Assembly (NCBI GenBank): GCA_965140585.1
Contig: OZ223267.1
Span: 224,001-288,000 of the forward strand
Length of the DNA stretch: 64,000 nucleotides
Source of the DNA: Spirochaetia bacterium
Lineage (GTDB): Bacteria > Spirochaetota > Spirochaetia > UBA9216
Direction: 5' to 3'
Shown: piece by piece, positions 57,127-64,000 of the stretch
How the letters are laid out: the number at the start of each line of letters is the position of its first letter
Position numbering within the stretch: the stretch's first letter is position 1
Made by a program: the position numbers and the translations under genes
The notes under the pieces: model-generated
The model's database searches: none
What the model was told of the DNA's origin: nothing
What the model saw: the letters and a program-made list of their open reading frames with translations, nothing else

Positions 57127-58610
57127 TGATTGACGGACTTGAAAAATTGACACCGAAACAAATCGTAGAAGAACTCGATAAGTATATAATTGGCCAGGAT
57201 AAGGCAAAGAAGGCAGTAGCCATAGCTCTCCGTAACAGAATGCGCCGGCAGATGCTGAGTCCTGAACTCAGGGATGAAATTGCTCCCAAGAACATTATAA
57301 TGATAGGACCTACCGGTGTAGGAAAAACCGAGATTGCCAGAAGACTTTCCAAGCTTGTAAAGGCTCCATTTATCAAGGTTGAAGCCACCAAGTATACTGA
57401 GGTCGGTTATGTCGGCCGTGATGTTGAATCGATGGTCCGCGATCTGATGGCAGATGCCGTTTCAATGGTGAAAAAGGAACTTGAAGAAGAAGTCCGGGCC
57501 GAGGCGGAACTTAGAACTGAAGATGCAATTCTTGATCTGCTGCTTCCCGGAGTGAAGAACAAGGCTAAAGGCGAGGGCGGCGCAGGCGCTGTACTGGGCA
57601 GTATTTTCGGAAACAAGGCACCTCAGCAGCCTGTACAGATTACTCCTGATGTTATAAATCTTCCCGGTCCGGGGGAATCGGCAGAGGCTGGGAAAATAGG
57701 TTTTGACACCGAGGATTCATCTGCAAAGTCTGATAAATCCTCAACAAGGGAAAAGTTCAGGCAGATGCTCCGGGACGGAAAACTTGAAAATAAAGAGGTT
57801 GAAGTCCTTGTTAGTGCACCCCCGTCCTCACCGATGGACATGTTTTCAGGAATGAACCTCGAAGATATGGGAATCAACATCGCAGCAATTCCGATGTTCG
57901 GCGGGAAAAAGAAAAAACGCAAGGTTACCGTGGAACGCGCAAGAGAAATCCTGCTGAATGATGAAATCGACAAGCTTATAGATCCTGAACGGGTTAATGA
58001 AATTGCCCGGGAACGGACCCAGCAGATGGGAATAATCTTTATTGACGAGATTGACAAAATTGCAGCCAAAGAAAGTCGCAGCGGCGGTGATGTTTCACGC
58101 GAAGGTGTTCAGCGCGACATCCTGCCGATTGTTGAGGGCTCAAGAGTTAATACAAAATGGGGACAGGTTGATACCTCCCACATACTGTTCATTGCAGCGG
58201 GGGCATTTCATATGAGCAAGCCCTCTGATCTTATTCCGGAACTTCAGGGACGATTTCCGCTCCGTGTGGAACTGGAAGACCTGAACACCGGAGATTTTGA
58301 ACAGATCCTTACCCAGCCGAAGAACGCGCTTATTACCCAGTATGTTGCGCTTCTGGGGACCGAGGATGTTGAACTTGATTTTACCGAAGGTGCAATAAAG
58401 CGGATGTCCGAGATTGCCTATGAGGTCAATTCCAGAACCGAAAATATCGGTGCACGAAGGCTTCACACCATTCTGGAACTTCTGCTTGAGGATCTTTCCT
58501 TCAATGCGCCTGACCTGAAGGGTCAGAAAATTGAAATTACACCCGAATATGTCGATGAAAGACTTCAGAGTGTTAAGGAGGACCAGGACCTTTCAAGATA
58601 TATTCTATAG
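57126..58610 (+). CDS. hslU: ATP-dependent protease ATPase subunit HslU
   Basis: GPTGVGKTE, EATKYTEVGYVG, FIDEIDK, ENIGARRL, DLSRYIL. Confidence 0.96.
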   Translation: MIDGLEKLTPKQIVEELDKYIIGQDKAKKAVAIALRNRMRRQMLSPELRDEIAPKNIIMIGPTGVGKTEIARRLSKLVKAPFIKVEATKYTEVGYVGRDVESMVRDLMADAVSMVKKELEEEVRAEAELRTEDAILDLLLPGVKNKAKGEGGAGAVLGSIFGNKAPQQPVQITPDVINLPGPGESAEAGKIGFDTEDSSAKSDKSSTREKFRQMLRDGKLENKEVEVLVSAPPSSPMDMFSGMNLEDMGINIAAIPMFGGKKKKRKVTVERAREILLNDEIDKLIDPERVNEIARERTQQMGIIFIDEIDKIAAKESRSGGDVSREGVQRDILPIVEGSRVNTKWGQVDTSHILFIAAGAFHMSKPSDLIPELQGRFPLRVELEDLNTGDFEQILTQPKNALITQYVALLGTEDVELDFTEGAIKRMSEIAYEVNSRTENIGARRLHTILELLLEDLSFNAPDLKGQKIEITPEYVDERLQSVKEDQDLSRYIL

Positions 58611-58616
58611 TTTTTC

Positions 58617-58643
58617 TAAGCTCCGGCTGAAAAAAACCGAGAA
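58617..58643 (+). promoter_or_regulatory. Sigma28-type promoter of the flgB operon
   Basis: TAAG-N15-ACCGAGAA versus consensus TAAA-N15-GCCGATAA. Confidence 0.6.
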
Positions 58644-58675
58644 TTTATAAGAATAGGTATTTTGGGAGAGCAAAT

Positions 58676-59092
58676 ATGTTTTTTGATAACAGTTTTGGAA
58701 AAAATCTTGAACTTCTTCACCGCTCTATGGATACAAGTGTGTATCGCAGGGCAGTGATCTCCGATAATATTGCAAACGCAGACACACCAAACTTTAAAAG
58801 AAGCGTTGTTAATTTTGAATCTGAACTGAAAAGAGCTCTTGATTCTGAAAAGAAATCCGGAATGGAGGGTGCACTTACAAACGACAGGCATATTGCTTTC
58901 AATAAACCGATGAACTGGCGTGATGTAAAGCCCCGGAAGGTTCTCGACTACCTGACAAGCTCTGATAACAATGGAAACAATGTTGATATTGAAGAAGAAA
59001 TGATGCTTGCCACTCAGAATCAGCTGGAATATAACCTTATGGTTAATTCACTTTCAAATCAGTTCTACCAGATCACCAAGGTAACAAGTTAG
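58676..59092 (+). CDS. flgB: Flagellar basal-body rod protein FlgB
   Basis: NIANADTPNFK, NGNNVDIEEEM. Confidence 0.95.
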   Translation: MFFDNSFGKNLELLHRSMDTSVYRRAVISDNIANADTPNFKRSVVNFESELKRALDSEKKSGMEGALTNDRHIAFNKPMNWRDVKPRKVLDYLTSSDNNGNNVDIEEEMMLATQNQLEYNLMVNSLSNQFYQITKVTS

Positions 59093-59104
59093 GAGGCCGA
59101 GTAA

Positions 59105-59566
59105 ATGGGATTGTTTACAAGTATTAATACAGCAGCATCCGGTCTTTCAGCCCAGAGGATGAGGCTGGATGTAATTTCAGATAATATAGCAAACGCGGAA
59201 ACTACAAGAACACCCGAAGGCGGTGCGTTCAGAAGAAGCAGGGTAATCTTCAAGCCTGAAGTATCCCAGCCGTACTGGAGAAGCCCTTTTCTTCCAGAAA
59301 AACTTGAAAATGGTCTGGGTAAGGGTGTTGAAGTTGTTAAAATCGAAAAGGATACAAGTACCGAGATGCGCTATGTATACGATCCGACTCATCCTGATGC
59401 TCTAAAGACCGGGCCTAAAACAGGGTATGTTGAAATGCCCAATGTTAATATAGTTGATGAAATGGTGGATATGATATCCGCATCAAGATCATATGAAGCC
59501 AATGTTGCCGTTATTGACGGTTCGAAGGCTATGTTTACTAAAGCACTCGAAATAGGCAGGAGGTAA
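59105..59566 (+). CDS. flgC: Flagellar basal-body rod protein FlgC
   Basis: ASGLSAQR.R, YDPTHPDA, GYVEMPNV, ASRSYEAN. Confidence 0.96.
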   Translation: MGLFTSINTAASGLSAQRMRLDVISDNIANAETTRTPEGGAFRRSRVIFKPEVSQPYWRSPFLPEKLENGLGKGVEVVKIEKDTSTEMRYVYDPTHPDALKTGPKTGYVEMPNVNIVDEMVDMISASRSYEANVAVIDGSKAMFTKALEIGRR

Positions 59567-59569
59567 TAG

Positions 59570-59902
59570 ATGGCAGGATTACTCGGAGCAGCTCAGGTAT
59601 CCGGCGATGTAGTTAATCTTAGGGCTACACATAAAAATCATATAGGCATTCAGGATTCAGCTGAGAAATCTGAAACTTCTGCAGAGGAATTTACCAATGC
59701 ACTTAGAAACGCTCTTGGTGAAACTAATAATCTGCAGAATGCGGTAACCGATATTACTCAGGCTTATCTTACCGATCCGGAGAGTGTTGACGTTCATGAT
59801 GTCACAATTGCCATGAGTAAAGCGAATATGTCGCTGGAAATAACAAAAGCTGTGGTTGACGGCGCGCTGAAAGCGTATAACAATATAATAAATATAAGGT
59901 GA
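59570..59902 (+). CDS. fliE: Flagellar hook-basal body protein FliE
   Basis: DVHDVTIAM.KA..SL...AY..I motif and position in the operon. Confidence 0.92.
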   Translation: MAGLLGAAQVSGDVVNLRATHKNHIGIQDSAEKSETSAEEFTNALRNALGETNNLQNAVTDITQAYLTDPESVDVHDVTIAMSKANMSLEITKAVVDGALKAYNNIINIR

Positions 59903-59962
59903 TGCACTTTCAGGCTTAATAGTCGCTAATTAATCCAGGTTCTTTTTTCAATGGGAGGGGAA

Positions 59963-61672
59963 ATGAACGAATGGTTTAAAAAGTTACTGGCTCAAATCCG
60001 CAAGTACTGGGATAAGTGGTCAGGTATACAAAAAATAATCTTTATCGGAATTTTCGTTGTAATAGTAGCAGGAATAATTCTGGTTGCATCCGTAAGTTCG
60101 ACCCCGAACATGGTTGCCCTTTTTACCAGTCCGGTAGCAGATCAGAACAAATTATATAAAATCTCAATGAGGCTCGACGAGGAAGGCGTGAATCACCGCA
60201 CTGATGAGAGCGGTATGATCTATGTCGATGACAGGGCTACTGCGCAGCGGATGATTTCAGTGCTTATGCGTGAAGATCTGATTCCTGATGAGATATCAGT
60301 CTGGGATGCCTTCAAGATGGACAGGTGGACAGTCACCGATTTTGAACGGGAAGTGAATCTTCAGCGGGCTGTCACCGAGAACCTTCAGCTTCATATTGAA
60401 GCCCTTGAAGATGTCGATTCCGCCCAGGTAACCCTTGTAATGCCTGAAACGGAACTCTTTGCTGAAGATCAGGACCCTGTTACCGCATCTGTAATCATAA
60501 CACCCCGCCCGGGTAGTGATATAATAACCAATAGAAGCAAGATCGAAGGTATCGAGAAGCTAGTGATGTTTGCAGTACAGGGGCTTACAGCTGATAACGT
60601 TGTTATCACAGACTACCGCGGAACTATCCTTAATGATTTTGAAGACCTTGCAGAGTTCGATCGGCTTGAGCTGACAAAAAGACAGATGGATCAGAAGGCA
60701 AAACTCGAAGCCAAATATAAGGCTGAGATCCTCAACGAGCTGCGTGCAATTTTCGGTGATACCCGTGTGAAGATTCTCAGAGTCGACATCGATCTGGATA
60801 TGAGCAAAAAGACTGTTGAAACCGATGAGTTTTTCCCTATTACCCTGAAAGAGGATAACCCGAATACTCCCTTTGATGAAACCGACGTAATAAAGAATGT
60901 TCCCAGATCAGAGCAGATCATTGATGAGAGCTACAGAGGTACCGGTTTCAATCCTGAAGGCCCTCCCGGACAGGAAGGCCAGACTCCTCCCGCATACAAG
61001 GATTTGGAAGGACTTGTAGGTGAATATGAGAATAAATCGAATACTATCAATTATGAAGTAAACGAAAGAAAGATTTACGAGGAAAAGAACCCCTGGGAGA
61101 TTCAGAAGATAACAGTCGGTGTTGCCATCGATGGTATCTGGACCAGGGTTTATACCGACAAGGGAACATTATCAATTACTCCTGAAGGCTCGATTGAAAG
61201 AAACTACAGAGAGGTGGAGCAGTCTGACCTGGATAAGGCGAAAACACTGATAGAACACTCGATCGGCTATGATGCTCTTCGGGGAGACTCTGTGACAGTT
61301 CAGCATCTTGCCTTTGACAGGACTGCACAGTTTGAACAGGAAGACCAGAAGTACAGAAACCAGAAGAGACTGCAACAGGCGATCATTTATTCTATAATTG
61401 GTATAGCCGTAATTATTGCAGCCTTTATAATTTTCAGAATTATATCAAGAGAACTTGAGCGCAGACGACGTCTACGTGAAGAAGAACTTGCCAGACAGCA
61501 CCAGGCAATGAGGGAAGCGGCGCTTAGAAGTGCGGAGGAAGAAAGCCTTGATGTCGAAATGTCTGTTGAGGAGCGGGCCAGAATGGAAATGCAGGAGCAT
61601 GCCATGAACATGGCCCGTGAACATCCGGAAGATGTTGCACAGCTCATCAGAACCTGGCTGGTAGAGGAGTAG
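59963..61672 (+). CDS. fliF: Flagellar M-ring protein FliF
   Basis: Two TM helices, TDFE...RA...L, A.V.LVMPE..LF, ASV, PEDVAQLIRTWL. Confidence 0.94.
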   Translation: MNEWFKKLLAQIRKYWDKWSGIQKIIFIGIFVVIVAGIILVASVSSTPNMVALFTSPVADQNKLYKISMRLDEEGVNHRTDESGMIYVDDRATAQRMISVLMREDLIPDEISVWDAFKMDRWTVTDFEREVNLQRAVTENLQLHIEALEDVDSAQVTLVMPETELFAEDQDPVTASVIITPRPGSDIITNRSKIEGIEKLVMFAVQGLTADNVVITDYRGTILNDFEDLAEFDRLELTKRQMDQKAKLEAKYKAEILNELRAIFGDTRVKILRVDIDLDMSKKTVETDEFFPITLKEDNPNTPFDETDVIKNVPRSEQIIDESYRGTGFNPEGPPGQEGQTPPAYKDLEGLVGEYENKSNTINYEVNERKIYEEKNPWEIQKITVGVAIDGIWTRVYTDKGTLSITPEGSIERNYREVEQSDLDKAKTLIEHSIGYDALRGDSVTVQHLAFDRTAQFEQEDQKYRNQKRLQQAIIYSIIGIAVIIAAFIIFRIISRELERRRRLREEELARQHQAMREAALRSAEEESLDVEMSVEERARMEMQEHAMNMAREHPEDVAQLIRTWLVEE

Positions 61673-61676
61673 GGAT

Positions 61677-62732
61677 ATGGCTAAATCAGGAGCAGGCGGC
61701 GGAGGTGCCGCAGCAGGAAAACCAAAGGTAAAGAAAGATCTAACCGGAAGGCAGAAAGCGGCCATCTTCCTGGTAACTCTAGGCTCAGAGATATCTGCGG
61801 AGATATTCAAGCATCTGCGTGATGATGAAATTGAGGCTCTTACTTTTGAAATAGCACGACTCGACAGTGTTGAACCTGAAGAGCGCGACCGGGTTCTTAT
61901 GGAGTTCAAGGAACTGATGATGGCTCAGGACTTTATCACCTCAGGTGGTATTGAATACGCCAGAGAGCTTCTTGAGAAATCACTTGGTTCACAGAAGGCT
62001 GTTGATATTATTAACAGGCTCACAAGCTCACTGCAGGTACGTCCCTTTGATTTTATCCGGCGTACAGACCCTGCACATCTGCTTAACTTCATTCAGCAGG
62101 AGCATCCGCAGACAATAGCACTTATTCTGGCATACCTTGAGCCTCAGAAGGCCTCGGTAATACTCGGCGCGCTGCCTCACGAGGTTCAGTCCGATGTCGC
62201 AAGGCGAATCGCTACAATGGACCGTACTTCACCGGAAGTTCTGCGTGAGGTTGAAAGGGTTCTTGAGAAGAAACTGTCGACTCTGTCTTCCGAAGACTAT
62301 ACTGCAGCGGGCGGTGTCGAGAACATAGTCGAGATACTGAACCTTGTTGACAGATCTACCGAAAAGATAATTATAGAAGCGCTTGAAGAAGACGATCCGG
62401 AACTTGCCGAAGAAATCAAGAAGAGGATGTTTGTATTCGAAGATATCGTTCTGCTTGACGACAGAGCTATTCAGAAGGTGCTTCGTGAAGTTGATACAAG
62501 CGAGCTCGGCAAAGCCCTTAGAGGGGTTGAGGCTGAAGTACAGGACAAGATTTTCAGAAACATGTCAAAGCGTGCTTCACAGCTTCTGAAAGAAGAAATG
62601 GAGTATATGGGTCCGATAAGGCTGAAAGACGTTGAAGAGACCCAGCAGAAGATTGTATCGATTATCAGAAAGCTTGAGGATCAGGGTGAAATTGTTGTTG
62701 CAAGGTCCGGCGAAGATGAAATGGTCGTCTAA
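61677..62732 (+). CDS. fliG: Flagellar motor switch protein FliG
   Basis: QKAAIFL, EHPQTIA, GGVE, MFVFED, MGPIRL.DVE. Confidence 0.96.
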   Translation: MAKSGAGGGGAAAGKPKVKKDLTGRQKAAIFLVTLGSEISAEIFKHLRDDEIEALTFEIARLDSVEPEERDRVLMEFKELMMAQDFITSGGIEYARELLEKSLGSQKAVDIINRLTSSLQVRPFDFIRRTDPAHLLNFIQQEHPQTIALILAYLEPQKASVILGALPHEVQSDVARRIATMDRTSPEVLREVERVLEKKLSTLSSEDYTAAGGVENIVEILNLVDRSTEKIIIEALEEDDPELAEEIKKRMFVFEDIVLLDDRAIQKVLREVDTSELGKALRGVEAEVQDKIFRNMSKRASQLLKEEMEYMGPIRLKDVEETQQKIVSIIRKLEDQGEIVVARSGEDEMVV

Positions 62733-62745
62733 CGGAGGTTTTTAA

Positions 62746-63654
62746 TTGGCTAAGAATGTTTTCAGGCCGCAGGAAATCGTTGCGCTCACGCAGCAGGTTA
62801 AACTCAATTCTCCCTTTGAGAAGGAGCCGGAACCTGAGATAATTATACCTGCAGAAGAATATAAGGGCCCTACAGCTGATGATCTCAGACGTGAAGCGGA
62901 AATGTTCAAGGCTAACTGGGAAGCTGAAAAAGAGCTGATGATCTCCCAGGCCCGGGCAGAGGCGGACCGTATCATCAAGGAAGCTGAACAGGCAGCCTTT
63001 GACGTAGTGAAGGAAAAAAATGACGAGGCCCAGCGGCTCCGTCAGACAGCCGAGGATGAAGCCGAAGATCTTGTGCGCAACGCAGAGAAGCAGTCCGCAG
63101 CAATGATTGAGGATGCCGAGAAGAGGGTTGAGGAAGTTACCGGTGCCGCCCAGAAGGAAGGTTTCGCTGCCGGCCGCGAGGAAGGCTTTGAGACAGGAAA
63201 GGCTGAAGTCGACCGGCTTATTCAGCACCTGCATACGATAATTTCCGCCGCAATTGAAAAGCGTAATCACATTATCGATCAGTCTGAAACCCAGATTATT
63301 GATCTTGTTCTGGTAATAAGCCAGAAGGTAATAAAAGTAATTTCAGAAAACCAGAAGAATGTAGTTATTAACAATGTTATTCAGGCTCTGCGCAAGCTTA
63401 AGAGCCGCGGTGATGTAGTCATAAGGGTTAATCTGGATGATGTTAAACTCACTAGCGATCATGTTAAGGACTTCATGCGCATGGTTGAAAATGTCCGCTC
63501 TATTACCGTAATGGAGGATTCCTCTGTTGATCGGGGAGGCTGTGTTATCGAAACCGACTTTGGCCAGATTGATGCCAGAATCTCTTCGCAGTTCAAGGAA
63601 ATCGAGGAGAAGATTCTCGAACTCGTGCCGATAAAAGCCGGTGGGGAAGAATAA
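62746..63654 (+). CDS. fliH: Flagellar export apparatus protein FliH
   Basis: AxxxG repeats (EGFAAGREEGFETG), GGCVIET.FG.IDA; TTG start. Confidence 0.92.
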   Translation: MAKNVFRPQEIVALTQQVKLNSPFEKEPEPEIIIPAEEYKGPTADDLRREAEMFKANWEAEKELMISQARAEADRIIKEAEQAAFDVVKEKNDEAQRLRQTAEDEAEDLVRNAEKQSAAMIEDAEKRVEEVTGAAQKEGFAAGREEGFETGKAEVDRLIQHLHTIISAAIEKRNHIIDQSETQIIDLVLVISQKVIKVISENQKNVVINNVIQALRKLKSRGDVVIRVNLDDVKLTSDHVKDFMRMVENVRSITVMEDSSVDRGGCVIETDFGQIDARISSQFKEIEEKILELVPIKAGGEE

Positions 63655-63780
63655 AAAAGTAGAACTTTTTTATTCTTCCAGGGAGTTTTAATTTTTTACA
63701 TAAAAAATTAAAACGTCCATGGAGAAGAATAGTAAGGATATAGACGGATATAGTTAACACTTTTCCTGGGAGGGGAGAAA
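63651..63780 (+). other. Structured fliH-fliI intergenic region (nested inverted repeats, ANGGA motifs)
   Basis: Hairpin at 63651-63673; perfect 14-bp inverted repeat 63685-63714 inside a longer imperfect one; GGATATAG direct repeat. Confidence 0.6.
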
Positions 63781-64000
63781 GTGAAGATGTTTGATAAATA
63801 CAGCATGATACTTAACAGGACCGATCCTATTAAGTATACCGGTGTTGTTGAAAGAGTTACAGGACTTCTCATCGAAAGCAGCGGTCCTCAGGTTGTGCTG
63901 GGGGAGCTGTGTCAGATATTAATACCGGGGCTTGATTCTCCGGTTAAGGCTGAAGTCGTCGGATTCAATGGAACTACAGTACAGCTCATGCCCTACGGCG
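63781..64000 (+). CDS. fliI: Flagellar export ATPase FliI, 3' end outside the window
   Basis: GTG/ATG after GGAGGGG; translates to ..KYTGVVERVTGLLIESSGP...GELC.I...AEVVGFN..TVQLMPYG. Confidence 0.9.
   Translation, partial: MKMFDKYSMILNRTDPIKYTGVVERVTGLLIESSGPQVVLGELCQILIPGLDSPVKAEVVGFNGTTVQLMPYG

Noticed and set aside
7115-63270. Long antisense or alternative-frame ORFs (e.g. 7115-7726, 20378-20926, 43609-44184, 48007-48720, 62665-63270)
   Set aside because: They lie wholly over well-supported genes and lack RBS or domain signatures, as expected for shadow ORFs.

Overview
Chromosomal segment of a free-living-type spirochaete. The assignment rests on gene order and protein content: mraZ-rsmH-ftsL-murF-mraY-ftsW-ftsQ-ftsA-ftsZ-xerD-TPR-dprA-topA-xerC-hslVU-flgBC-fliEFGHI and cheW-DegT-nadK-recN. 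The right half (about 30.8-64 kb) is core genome. The left half is accessory and contains: an M20 deacylase-kamA-kamB unit without kamCDE; a decaying AraC/GLUG-lipoprotein block; a 7-gene Mrp/Mbh-type cation:proton antiporter operon headed by a PII-like gene and a PTS EIIA gene; a phospholipase D lipoprotein followed by two small beta-barrel-like proteins; an FHA-GGDEF cyclase; and an agmatine/putrescine uptake and catabolism operon with a well-formed sigma54 promoter. Features not shown by the ORF track include an unannotated 80-aa gene that appears to start at CTG (41737-41495), a structured GGA-rich 126-nt spacer between fliH and fliI, several apparently leaderless genes, and a DegT-like protein lacking the catalytic lysine. 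I saw no rRNA, tRNA, CRISPR array or transposase. All calls come from motif recognition by eye; no database searches were run.
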